64,000 nucleotides of DNA from Alphaproteobacteria bacterium (GTDB lineage Bacteria; Pseudomonadota; Alphaproteobacteria; UBA7887). The DNA lies in NCBI GenBank assembly GCA_965201115.1, contig OZ241745.1, positions 2,953,166 to 3,017,165 of the forward strand, written 5' to 3'. The notes under the pieces are model-generated. The model saw only the letters and a list, made by a program, of their open reading frames with translations. It had not been told where the DNA came from and made no database searches. A program made the translations under genes and the position numbers. Below are positions 48,060 to 57,268 of the stretch, in pieces. Each line of letters begins with the position of its first letter. Positions within the stretch are counted from its first letter, which is position 1.

Positions 48060-49885
48060 GTTCGGCAGGCGACACGGGTGCGGTCGGACGCCCCGAATTC
48101 CTCGAGGCCATGAGCCGGCTTCAGGGCCGGTTCGACGAGGCGGGCGGGCAGGTCAAGTCGCAAGAGGCCGAATTCGACCGCGATTTGGACGATGCGATCG
48201 CGCGTATCGAGCGGGAGCCGCTCTCGCGGGAGGGTGGAGCGCTTCCGCCTCCCGTCGAGAAAGCCCTGCATGAAGCGAGAGAAATCGTCGATGCGGCCGT
48301 CATCGGCTGGCGGGAGCGTGTCGGGAAATACGACCGCAACACCGAATTCCGGCGCGACCACGGGGATTCGCTGCTGGTCTATGTCTATGGCTTGGTCAAG
48401 GCGGGCAAGAGCGCCCTCGGCAATTTCGTCGCCCATGGCTGCGAGCGCCCCGATGACGCGTTTGTCGCGACGCTGTCCGCCAGCGGGAGCGGCCCCGAGT
48501 TCTTCGTGCGCTCGGTTGCCTCGGGGGATCCGGACGCTATCGACAAGGCGAACGGGCGGCTCGCCCGGGCGCGACGGTTCCATACCGATGTCGAGGAGGC
48601 GACGGACCGCATCCAGGGGTTCAAGATGCCGGGGCTGACCTGGATCGACTCCCCGGGACTCGGGTCGGTCACGGAGGCAAACGGCAAACTCGCACGGGAG
48701 TATGTCGAAAGCGCCGACCTCGTTGTTGTCGCAATGAACAGCGCACAACCCGGCCGCAGGACCGAGCGCGACGAAGCGAGACGCCTGATGCGCTTGGGAA
48801 AACCGATGATGGTCTTGCTCACGCGCGCCGACAACATCGACATGGACGTGGACGAAAACGGCCGGATTGTCAAGACATTGGTCATGAAGTCCGCCGATGA
48901 TCGGCGGGATATGAAAGAATGGGTCGAATCGCAATTGAAGGAAGCGGTCCGGATCGAAGGTCGGAACGCGCCCCGAATCCCGCAAATAACAACGATATCG
49001 GTGCGTTATGCCGCGGAGCATCCGGATATCGATGGAGCGCGCGAGAGCGGCCTGTCGGAACTGTTCGGCCTGTTGAGCGAGGTCGCCGAAAGCGAAGGCG
49101 TGACCATGAAGCGGGAGGCCCCGGCCCGTATGTTTCGCGCCTTCGTCCGCGATATCGCCGGGGACGAGCAAAACTTCGGCATGGGCAACATCGTCGGGCG
49201 TCTGGACCGGGTCCGGCGGTCGATAGCCCGAAGCCGCGAAGGACACGAGGAACAGGGGCGGCAGGCGGGAGACCGAGCCGCACGGGATATCGAGGCGGCG
49301 ATCAATGAGGAAGTCGAGAGCCGTCGCAAGACTCTCGACAATGCAGGCCTCCACGAGGCAGTAAACAGACAGGCTCGCAAGATACTCGAACGGCGGGTGT
49401 CCGAGGCCGCGGCGGAGATGGTCAAGGATATCGACATGGAGATGCTATCTTTGGCAGCGATGGGGCAAGAACACGCGCCGGCGTTGAAGGTCGTCGCTAG
49501 CGTAGTGATAAAGCCGGATCGCGAGCGCCGCGAGCACCTTGCCTTCGGTGCCCCCGTTGGCTTGACCGGGACAATAGCAGACGTCGTGATAGGATTTTTG
49601 TTCGGCGGTCTGGTCGGGGCCGTCGCGGGAGCCGCTGCGGAAGCGCCCAGCGGCGCCACGACAAACGGCTCCGCCGCCGGTTCCAGAGTCGAGTACATCG
49701 ACAACGCCGCCGAGGTTGCGAAAGAACTGGCGATCATTAAGAGCAACGAAGTGCGGAAAGCAGCCTCGGAGGCGTTCGCGCGTTTGAACGATGAGGTTCT
49801 GAAACCTCTGGAAACGCGCATCGACAATATCATCGACGGCCTTGAGGAATTCCGAAGCAAATGGCAGAAGGAGATCGCGCGATGA
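48056..49885 (+). CDS. Bacterial dynamin-like protein 1 (GTPase, stalk, membrane paddle)
   Basis: 609 aa. G1 GLVKAGKSALGN, G3 WIDSPGLG, G4 LLTRAD. Hydrophobic paddle VIGFLFGGLVGAVAGAAA near the C-terminus. Confidence 0.75.
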   Translation: MSSAGDTGAVGRPEFLEAMSRLQGRFDEAGGQVKSQEAEFDRDLDDAIARIEREPLSREGGALPPPVEKALHEAREIVDAAVIGWRERVGKYDRNTEFRRDHGDSLLVYVYGLVKAGKSALGNFVAHGCERPDDAFVATLSASGSGPEFFVRSVASGDPDAIDKANGRLARARRFHTDVEEATDRIQGFKMPGLTWIDSPGLGSVTEANGKLAREYVESADLVVVAMNSAQPGRRTERDEARRLMRLGKPMMVLLTRADNIDMDVDENGRIVKTLVMKSADDRRDMKEWVESQLKEAVRIEGRNAPRIPQITTISVRYAAEHPDIDGARESGLSELFGLLSEVAESEGVTMKREAPARMFRAFVRDIAGDEQNFGMGNIVGRLDRVRRSIARSREGHEEQGRQAGDRAARDIEAAINEEVESRRKTLDNAGLHEAVNRQARKILERRVSEAAAEMVKDIDMEMLSLAAMGQEHAPALKVVASVVIKPDRERREHLAFGAPVGLTGTIADVVIGFLFGGLVGAVAGAAAEAPSGATTNGSAAGSRVEYIDNAAEVAKELAIIKSNEVRKAASEAFARLNDEVLKPLETRIDNIIDGLEEFRSKWQKEIAR

Positions 49886-51462
49886 AGAACGATGGAACCC
49901 CGATACGCGAAACGCTGTCGGAAGCCGCCTCCATACTGCAGAAATATCTGGGCGCCGCTGAGGTCGAGGACCTGCGCGCGTTCGTTGAATCTCGCCTCGA
50001 CGACGGGAAGCCCACCGCGATGGTGTACGGCATATACAATTCGGGAAAGAGCACGTTGCTCAACGCGCTTTGCGGCCGGGAGCTGGCCCGGGTGGCCAGC
50101 CGGCCTGAAACCGACCGCATAACCCCGTATGTCTGGGAGGGTACGGAGATTCTCGACACGCCGGGGATCGACGCGCCGCAGGAGCACGAATGGGTCAGTC
50201 GCGAAGCGCTCGACCGCACGGACGTCATCCTCTTCGTCATGGATTCCTCGTCCACATTCGAGGAAGCCGCCGTTTACGACGAAATTATCGGAATACTCGA
50301 TCGGAACAAACCACTCATGATCGTGGTCAATAACAAGGACGGGTTGTCGAGAGCGGACGAAAACTACATCCGTATTTGCGACAAGATACAGGAGAACCTG
50401 GCCGCCGCGGCCGCGCGGCGGGGCCTGCCTCCCGATCGCGCCTCTCCGCCGATCCGGATGGCGGACGCCAGGACCGGACTCAAGGGGCGTCTGGCAAACA
50501 AGCTGAAACTGGTATATGCCAGCGGCCTCGCCGACCTTGAAGCGGACCTGAAGCGGATGCTGGGCGCCGCCGGGTTTCACGACGTGGTCAATACCGTCGG
50601 AAGGCGATTGCTTGACGATCTCGACCGCGCGCTTGTCAAGGCGTCGCCGAGCAACGCCGACGACGGGTCGGCCCGCCGGATTGCCGACGGCGAAGCCGGA
50701 TTGCACGGCGAGAAAAGCCGGGTAGAGAGCGCGCTTTCTCAGGAGCGGCTTCGCGCGGTTGCGCAGTTCCGGCGGCGCGCGCTCGCAGTGTTCGATAGCC
50801 AGCGGCCGAAAGAACTCCTCGGAGGGGCGAAAGAACTTCTCGGAGCTTGTGTCGAATTCAGCGAAGCGGTAAGGCGCGCCATCGCGTGCGAACTGGCGGC
50901 GACGCGCAAGCGCTTCCCCGAACTGGGCCCGCCGCCGATGGACGATTCCGGCGCGATGGGGGCCGCCGCCGAGGAAATCGCGGCCGGCGCCCCTCGGGAA
51001 GACGGGGCCCGGGATGCCGACGGCGCGCCGGATACCGAGCCGGAGGTTGTGAGACGGCTAATCTTGGGCGCCGTCGCGGCCATCGCCAAGTTCTTCCCGA
51101 AGACACTGGGCCGCTTCATACCGCTTGTTGGGCCGATTGTAGAGGTTGGCGTGGCGGGATGGCGATATTATTCCAATCTCCAAAGGGAGAAGGAAAAGAA
51201 AGAGGCGATGCAGCGCGCAGCGCGGCTCTGGGCCAATCACATCGAGGAGTCGGCCGACCGCCTGAACGACAAGGCGAAAGAGATCGTTCGTCGGAGCGTG
51301 GACGACGCCTTCGCGCCGGCCGAGGCGGATCTGCGCGCCAAGAGGGAGCAGTTGGATAAGGAAGCCCGCGCGATGGCCGAGGATCGCACAATCCTCAACG
51401 CTTGCCGCGAGCGGATGAAGCGGCATCTGGAAGCCATGCCGCCCGCGCCGCGCGTCGCATAA
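49882..51462 (+). CDS. Bacterial dynamin-like protein 2
   Basis: 526 aa. G1 GIYNSGKSTLLNAL, G3 LDTPGID, G4 VNNKD. Hydrophobic segment AAIAKFFPKTLGRFIPLVGPIVEVGVAGW. AAGGAG ribosome-binding site. ATGA overlap with DLP1. Confidence 0.75.
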   Translation: MKNDGTPIRETLSEAASILQKYLGAAEVEDLRAFVESRLDDGKPTAMVYGIYNSGKSTLLNALCGRELARVASRPETDRITPYVWEGTEILDTPGIDAPQEHEWVSREALDRTDVILFVMDSSSTFEEAAVYDEIIGILDRNKPLMIVVNNKDGLSRADENYIRICDKIQENLAAAAARRGLPPDRASPPIRMADARTGLKGRLANKLKLVYASGLADLEADLKRMLGAAGFHDVVNTVGRRLLDDLDRALVKASPSNADDGSARRIADGEAGLHGEKSRVESALSQERLRAVAQFRRRALAVFDSQRPKELLGGAKELLGACVEFSEAVRRAIACELAATRKRFPELGPPPMDDSGAMGAAAEEIAAGAPREDGARDADGAPDTEPEVVRRLILGAVAAIAKFFPKTLGRFIPLVGPIVEVGVAGWRYYSNLQREKEKKEAMQRAARLWANHIEESADRLNDKAKEIVRRSVDDAFAPAEADLRAKREQLDKEARAMAEDRTILNACRERMKRHLEAMPPAPRVA

Positions 51463-51480
51463 CGGCGCCGGCGCGGCCCA

Positions 51481-51700
51481 GCGGGGCGCCAACATGCAGA
51501 CTTCCAGCCTGCCCGCGCGCCGAACGCCTGGGAGCGCGGGCGTCCTGCCCGCACGTCTCAGTGTCTGTACCGAAATGCTTACCCCGCCGAAGGCGGGGCC
51601 TGGGACCGCGGGCTTCCAGCCCGCACGTTCCCGCAAGCCGCGATGATGGCGAGGAGGCGCGCCTGCGGCGCCCCGCCCGGCGCCGCCCGCCGAACGGGCC
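51481..51700. repeat. REP/MITE-like repeats (two or more units) downstream of the dynamin island
   Basis: ...ctgcccgcacgtctcag...ccccgccgaaggcggggcctgggaccgcgggcttccagcccgcacgttcccgcaag.... Confidence 0.5.
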
Positions 51701-51721
51701 GACAACCATAACCCCCGCCAT

Positions 51722-53400
51722 AACCGACCGTTAGCCCGCATTTCTCATACGGGTGGTTGTCGTGCGGTTTGTGCGTCGTTGGTTATCGTGCGTGCGTGTT
51801 TTCGTGGTCGGGGGGCTTGGCGGGCATTTTCGGGGCGCGTTGGGGCGGTCCGCCGTTTGGCGGTGGGCCGCGTTCCGGGCTGTTCCTGCGTTGTTGAGGG
51901 GAAGGGCGAGAGTGGCCGCGTTACGCCGCGGCGGCGGATAATCGTTGGCAGGCGATACGGAACTCGCGCTGGAAGGGATGCGCGGCGTTCATGGCGATCT
52001 TGACGCGGCGCACGGTGACGCGGACCCAAGCGCCGATCTTGAGCAGTTTCAGGCGCAGGCTCCCGCATGTGGCGACCGCCAGTTCGGTGTAGTCGAGGCC
52101 GATGCGGCGCAGTGCGCACAGCAACACATAAGCCATGGACGCGAACCACAGGCGCAGCTGGTTGGCCCGCATGGCCCGCGTCGACGTGCGGTCGGCGAAC
52201 AAGTCGAGTTGGCACTCCTTGATCCGGTTCTCCATCTCGCCGCGTTGGCAGTAAAGCCGCTCGTAGAGATGCCGGGCGCGGACCCGATGGGTTGCAATCG
52301 AGGTGACGACGAAACGCGGGTTGGCCTTGCCGTGGGTCCACTCGGCCTTGGCGACGACGCGGCGCGCGCAGCTCCAGCTGTCGCGCGTCCTCCACATGAA
52401 GTCCTTGAAGCGGCGTTGCGGCTTGCCCGAACCCGCGCTGTGCGCTTGCGCCGCCGCCAGTTCGGTCTCGACTTCCGCCGCCAGACGGGGGTTCCGCGCC
52501 AAGCCCAACAGGTAATCGACGCCGTTGGCCTCGCACCACGCCATCAGCGCCTCGCGGGCGAACCCCGAATCGGCGCGCACCATTATCCGCACGCGGGGCC
52601 AATGCCGCCGCAACCGCGACACAATCCGCTCAACAGTCTCCACGGCCCCGGCCGCCCCATCCTCATTCGCCGGGCGCAACCGCGCCGCCAAAAGATGACG
52701 ACCGCAAGTCGCATAAAGCGGAAGATAGCAATAGCCGCCGTAGTAGCCGTGGAAAAAACGACCCTCCTGGCGACCGTGAAGCCGATCGTCCGTGGCGTCG
52801 AGATCGATAACCAAGCGAGCCGGGGGCCGCTTGTGCGCCTCCACAAACAGTGTCAGGAACAAATCCTCAATCGCCGAGCCGTCATGCGCGATCCGGCAAT
52901 ACCGCGACGGCCCCGCGCCCCCCAACTCAAGGCGGTTCAGCGTCGATTTGCCCGCAAGCGGCGCACAGTCCGAACGACGCGACGCCAACTTCCCCGCCAA
53001 CACGGCCATGACCGGATCGTGACGCAACGCATCGTGGTCGTTCAGGTCCTCATATCCCAATGCGATCCCGAACACGCGCTGCATGACCAGCGTCCGAACA
53101 TCGTGCTCGACAAGATGACGCGCACGCCCATCGGTGAAACAGGCCGCAAACCGATCGACCAGACCCACCGCCGCATCCGCCCGGCCAAGCAACAATGCCC
53201 CCGCGTCCGACGTCACCGTCCCGCCGTCGAACGCCGCCACAACCGCGCGACCGTCGACCGGTTGAAAACCGCCCAGCGCCGTGCTACACTCCGTCTGCAT
53301 CGGGGAACACCTCCGTGCCGCGATATGTGCATACTCAACAACACTATATCGCACACAGAGCCCCGATGCCCCAAACCCGTATGAGAAATGCGGGTTAGCC
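51722..53400 (-). mobile_element. IS1380 family insertion sequence with about 25-bp imperfect terminal inverted repeats
   Basis: Left IR at 51722-51747 (cgttagcccgcatttctcatacggg); right IR at 53376-53401 (reverse complement ggctaacccgcatttctcatacggg). Single transposase ORF. Inserted within the REP cluster. Confidence 0.75.
51921..53300 (-). CDS. IS1380 family transposase (DDE)
   Basis: 459 aa, MQTECSTALGGFQPVDGRAVVAAFDGGTVTSDAGALLLGRAD... typical of IS1380. Confidence 0.85.
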   Translation of the reverse strand: MQTECSTALGGFQPVDGRAVVAAFDGGTVTSDAGALLLGRADAAVGLVDRFAACFTDGRARHLVEHDVRTLVMQRVFGIALGYEDLNDHDALRHDPVMAVLAGKLASRRSDCAPLAGKSTLNRLELGGAGPSRYCRIAHDGSAIEDLFLTLFVEAHKRPPARLVIDLDATDDRLHGRQEGRFFHGYYGGYCYLPLYATCGRHLLAARLRPANEDGAAGAVETVERIVSRLRRHWPRVRIMVRADSGFAREALMAWCEANGVDYLLGLARNPRLAAEVETELAAAQAHSAGSGKPQRRFKDFMWRTRDSWSCARRVVAKAEWTHGKANPRFVVTSIATHRVRARHLYERLYCQRGEMENRIKECQLDLFADRTSTRAMRANQLRLWFASMAYVLLCALRRIGLDYTELAVATCGSLRLKLLKIGAWVRVTVRRVKIAMNAAHPFQREFRIACQRLSAAAA

Positions 53401-53474
53401 CCGCCGCGCCAACCCCCGCAGGGGAGGACCATGGTCCTCTCCCGCCCCCCGCCCCAAATCGCTTTAATATCCGC

Positions 53475-54545
53475 ATGACCGAAGCACACGCCGCCGCCGT
53501 CCCCGCCGACGGCGAGCCGCGCGCAGCCGCCGCGCCCGACAACGCCGCCGCCGCGCCCACCGAACCCGAAACCCAACCCCCCGGCGACCCCCTCCGCCAC
53601 AACCGCGGAAGCCGATCCACAATCGCCGACCTCCCCAACACCGTCCGAGCCGATATCTGCCGCGAAATCCGCGCGGGACCCCCCGACACCGCCATCGCCG
53701 AAACCCTCCGCGCGCGCGGATACCCCGTATCCCGATCCGCCATATACCGCTTCCGCAAAGCCGCCGCCGACAGCCTCGCCCAATGGTCCGAAATCCGCGA
53801 CGCCGCCGCACTCTGGAGCGAAGGCGGAACCCACGAAGCCCTCGCCGAAATGCTCCGCGTCGCCGCCTTCGCCATCGCCGCGCGCATCGACCCCGCCGCC
53901 CCCGATGCCGCCGACAACACCCGCGGCATCGCCCGCATGGTGCGCGCCATCCGCGACCTCGCCGCCGCCGAAGCCGCGCGGAAAACCGCCGCCGCCCAGG
54001 CCGGCCCCCGCCGCGGCGCGCCCGGTTCCATCGACGACCCCCGCCTGCCCTTGCTCCCGCCCCCGAACACGTGGGACGCCGACGCCCAGGCCGCCGCCAA
54101 CCCCGGCCCCCCCAAGCCGCCCCGCCGCCCGTGGACCGACCGGGACTGGCTGGAATACGACAGACACATCCAGGAGGGCGAACGCAAGGCCCGCGAAGCC
54201 GAACGCGAACGCCGCGAGGCCGAACGCGAATACGACCCCGCGTACGACCCCGAAACCGCCGAACGCCCCGCCGCCGAAGCCCCCCGAGCCCCGCGGAGCC
54301 CCGCAATGCCCCGCAACGCTGCCGAAGGCGCGAACTGCCCGGGACTGCGGGCGTCCCGCCCGCACGTTCCCGCAAGGCGCGATGTCGGCAGGGAAGGCGC
54401 GCCCGCCCGCCCCGGGCCCGGCGGATCCCCGCAATGCCCCGCAACCGCCCCCCGGAACCGCCGGGCCCGACCGCCCCGCGACCGCCGAAGCCCCGCCCGC
54501 CGCCGCCCCGCCCGCCTCGAACAACCGAAACGGCAGCAATGCTGA
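53475..54545 (+). CDS. DUF3486-like (phage Mu gp27-like) HTH protein, probable prophage remnant; C-terminus runs into the REP array
   Basis: STIADLPNTVRADICREIRAGPPDTAIAETLRARGYPVSRSAIYRFRKA. Residues beyond about 54290 are REP-derived. Confidence 0.4.
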   Translation: MTEAHAAAVPADGEPRAAAAPDNAAAAPTEPETQPPGDPLRHNRGSRSTIADLPNTVRADICREIRAGPPDTAIAETLRARGYPVSRSAIYRFRKAAADSLAQWSEIRDAAALWSEGGTHEALAEMLRVAAFAIAARIDPAAPDAADNTRGIARMVRAIRDLAAAEAARKTAAAQAGPRRGAPGSIDDPRLPLLPPPNTWDADAQAAANPGPPKPPRRPWTDRDWLEYDRHIQEGERKAREAERERREAEREYDPAYDPETAERPAAEAPRAPRSPAMPRNAAEGANCPGLRASRPHVPARRDVGREGAPARPGPGGSPQCPATAPRNRRARPPRDRRSPARRRPARLEQPKRQQC

Positions 54546-54945
54546 GCGCCTGTACCGAAATGCTTGCCCCGCCGAAGGCGGCGCCCGGGACCGCGGGCAT
54601 CCTGCCCGCACGTTTCCGGCAGGCGCGATGTCGGCAGGGAAGCACGCCCGCCGCCCCCCGCTCCCCGGCCCCCGCGGCATCGAGACGCGCGCGCGAGACG
54701 CACACGCCAACCCCGCCGAAGGCGGGGCCCGGGACCGCGGGCATCCTGCCCGCACGTTCCCGCAAGGCGCGATGGCGGCAGGGAAGGCGCGAACGTCCCG
54801 GTCGCGCCCGCCCCGGGCCCGGCGGAGCCCCGCAATGCCCCGCAACCGGCCCCGGAACCGCCGGGCGCGAACGTCCCGCGACCGCCGCCGTCCCCGCCCG
54901 CACGTTTCCGCGCCGCGCGATGTCGGCACGAAAGCGCGAACGGAC
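54290..54945. repeat. Array of five or more degenerate REP/MITE-like units (not CRISPR)
   Basis: Repeated ccccgccgaaggcgg(g/c)gcccgggaccgcgggcatcctgcccgcacgtt(c/t)ccgcaaggcgcgatg(t/g)cggcagggaagg with GC-rich variable linkers. Confidence 0.55.
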
Positions 54946-55067
54946 AAGATGCCCACCGATCCCGGCCGTACCGATAGCCGCCGAATTCCGGTACAGGCTC
55001 TCAATGATCGCAAACACCGGCGGGCGGTGCGCGAAGACCGCGACTCCCCGGCAACATCGCGCCCGGC

Positions 55068-55140
55068 GAAAACGTGCGGGCGGGGACGCCTGCGCTCCCA
55101 GGCCCCGCCTTCGGCGGGGTTGCGCGCCCCGAACGGTCGG
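55068..55140. repeat. REP/MITE-like unit in inverted orientation
   Basis: aaacgtgcgggcggggacgcctgcgctcccaggccccgccttcggcggggtt. Confidence 0.5.
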
Positions 55141-55158
55141 TGTCGGCGGCCCTCGGGA

Positions 55159-55764
55159 TTACTTCCGGCGCGCGGCGAAGGCGGCGTAGTCGGCGGGGAT
55201 GTCGACGTCGAAGGCCAGGCCGGGGCGATCGACGAAGACGGGGCGCAGGCCGCGGCGGCGCGCTTCGCGCTCGTGCGCGGCGGCGCTGTCGGCGCCGAAG
55301 CGAAACCGGAACGCGCGCACAGCAGGCACAAGCAGCGCATTCGTGCCGTGGCCCGCGCGGTCGCGCGCGATGGGCGCCGCGCCGCGCCGCGCGCCCGCCG
55401 CCAACAACAGGCGGACGTCGGCCGGCGACAGGAAGGGCAGGTCCGCCGGCAAAACGAGCAGCGCCGCCGCGCCGCCGGCGCGGGCGGCGCGCAGGGCGCG
55501 CCCGAGCGCGCGGTTCAGCCCGCGGCCCGGCGCCGCGAGCGCATCGGCGCCCAGCGCCCTGGCCAGCGCCAGCGCGTCCGCGCCGTCGCTCACCGCCAGA
55601 ACGCGGCCCGGCGCCGCGCGCCGCGCCGTCGCCAGCGTGCGCCGCAGGAAGAACGCATTGAGCGCGCGCCGCTCGCGCGCGCCGAGTATGCCGGAGAGAC
55701 GGGATTTCCCGCGGCCCAGCGCCTTCGCCGGAACCGCCACGCGCACCCGCGCGCGCAGCGTCAC
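55159..55764 (-). CDS. cofC: 2-phospho-L-lactate (phosphoenolpyruvate) guanylyltransferase, F420 biosynthesis
   Basis: 201 aa. VAVPAKALGRGKSRL...LLVLPADLPFLSPADV (MobA-like nucleotidyltransferase fold). Adjacent to cofD. Confidence 0.7.
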   Translation of the reverse strand: MTLRARVRVAVPAKALGRGKSRLSGILGARERRALNAFFLRRTLATARRAAPGRVLAVSDGADALALARALGADALAAPGRGLNRALGRALRAARAGGAAALLVLPADLPFLSPADVRLLLAAGARRGAAPIARDRAGHGTNALLVPAVRAFRFRFGADSAAAHEREARRRGLRPVFVDRPGLAFDVDIPADYAAFAARRK

Positions 55765-56702
55765 GAGCCCGAAATCCGGCGCGCCAGGGTCAATACGGTT
55801 TCCGCGACGCGCGCGCTCGCATCGGCGTCGCGCATGATCGTGTCCGCCTCGACAACTGCCTTGCCGGGGAGCCGCAGGCCCGCGTCGGCGCGGTCGATAA
55901 CGAAGCCGTCGAGCAGATCGCCGTAATACTCCGCGACGCCGCGCGCGCTCGCCTCATGGCCCAGCCCGCGCATGACCGCGGCCGCCGGCCCCTTGACCGC
56001 CTTGCCGGCGATAATCGGCGAAACCGCGGCGACGGGCGCGCGGCGGCGGCCGAGCGCCTCGCGCACGCCCGGAACGGCGAGAATCGGCGCGATGCTGAGC
56101 GGCGGGTTCGAAGGGCAGATAACGATAGCCTCGAGCGCGGGCGAGGCCAGCGCCTCGGCGAGGGCCGGCGCCGGACGGGCGCGCGCCGCGCCCTCGAACG
56201 CCACGCCGCGCACCCGCGGGCGGGCGGCGCGGCGCACGAAGTAGTCCTGAAACGCCAGCCGCCCATGCTCCGCCGTATCGACGATGGTACGCACGGGGTC
56301 GTCGCTCATGGGCGCGATGCGATGCGCGACGCCGAACCGCTTCGCCAACGCCGCGGCGACGCGGCTCGGGGTCTCGCCCGCCTCGAGCCGGCGCGCGCGC
56401 TCCAGATGCGTCGCCAGATCGCGGTCGCCGAGGCGGAACCATGTTTCGCCGCCGAGCGCCTCCAGCGCCTCCATGACGCTCCATGTTTCGCCGGCCAGCC
56501 CCCATCCGCGGCGCGAATCCTCGAGGCCGGCAAGGGTGTAGGTCACGGTGTCGAGATCGGGCGCGATATGCAGGCCGAGATGGCGAAAATCGTCGCCGGT
56601 GTTGACGGCAATCAGGAGTTCGCCGGGCGCGAGAAGCCGCGCCAGCCCCCGCGCCAGCCGCGCGCCGCCGACGCCGCCGGCCAGCGCCAGCACCCTCGTC
56701 AT
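55761..56702 (-). CDS. cofD: 2-phospho-L-lactate transferase (LPPG:FO transferase), F420 biosynthesis
   Basis: VLALAGGVGGARLARGL...IAVNTGDDFRHLGLHIAPDLDTVTYTLAG typical of the CofD/UPF0052 family. Confidence 0.8.
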   Translation of the reverse strand: MTRVLALAGGVGGARLARGLARLLAPGELLIAVNTGDDFRHLGLHIAPDLDTVTYTLAGLEDSRRGWGLAGETWSVMEALEALGGETWFRLGDRDLATHLERARRLEAGETPSRVAAALAKRFGVAHRIAPMSDDPVRTIVDTAEHGRLAFQDYFVRRAARPRVRGVAFEGAARARPAPALAEALASPALEAIVICPSNPPLSIAPILAVPGVREALGRRRAPVAAVSPIIAGKAVKGPAAAVMRGLGHEASARGVAEYYGDLLDGFVIDRADAGLRLPGKAVVEADTIMRDADASARVAETVLTLARRISGS

Positions 56703-57268
56703 GGGCCGGCGCCGACGCGGCGGAGGAAGGTCGCCGCGCCGCGGCCGTGGCGGCGGACGAGAACGGTTTCGAACCCCTCCGGCGGCGCGGGCGGGCGGGC
56801 GGCGGGATGTTCGAGCGCGGCGACGGCGCCGGGCGCGAGCCAGCCGTTCGCCGCCAGGGCGGCCAGCGCGGGCGCCGCCAACCCCGAATCCCAGGGCGGG
56901 TCGAGGAACGCGAAATCGGCGGGCGCCGGCGCGGGGCCGGGGGCGGTCGCGTCGCGCGCGTAGGCTTCGGCGCGTTCCGCGACGCCGAGCGCGGCCGCGT
57001 TCGCGCGCAGCGCCGCCAGCGCGCGGCGGTCGCGGTCGATGAACCGGACCCGCGCCGCGCCGCGCGACAGCGCCTCCAGCCCCAGCGTTCCCGCGCCGGC
57101 GAAAGCGTCCACGGCCGCGGCGCCCGCGACGGGGCGCCCCGCGAACGCCGGATTGTGCGCCAGAACGTCGAATATCGCCCGGCGAAGGCGCGCGCCCGTG
57201 GGGCGCACCGCGGCCCCCGGCGGCGCGGAAACGCGCCGCCCGCGCAACGCGCCCGCGGCGATTCTCAC
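56699..57268 (-). CDS. rsmD: 16S rRNA (guanine966-N2)-methyltransferase RsmD
   Basis: GTG start. VDAFAGAGTLGLEALSRGA...FLDPPW motifs. Confidence 0.8.
   Translation of the reverse strand: MRIAAGALRGRRVSAPPGAAVRPTGARLRRAIFDVLAHNPAFAGRPVAGAAAVDAFAGAGTLGLEALSRGAARVRFIDRDRRALAALRANAAALGVAERAEAYARDATAPGPAPAPADFAFLDPPWDSGLAAPALAALAANGWLAPGAVAALEHPAARPPAPPEGFETVLVRRHGRGAATFLRRVGAGP

Noticed and set aside
54290-54945. Possible CRISPR array
   Set aside because: Units are degenerate, have internal double-hairpin structure, are not regularly spaced with unique spacers, and occur dispersed elsewhere in both orientations. There are no cas genes. Interpreted as a REP/MITE array.
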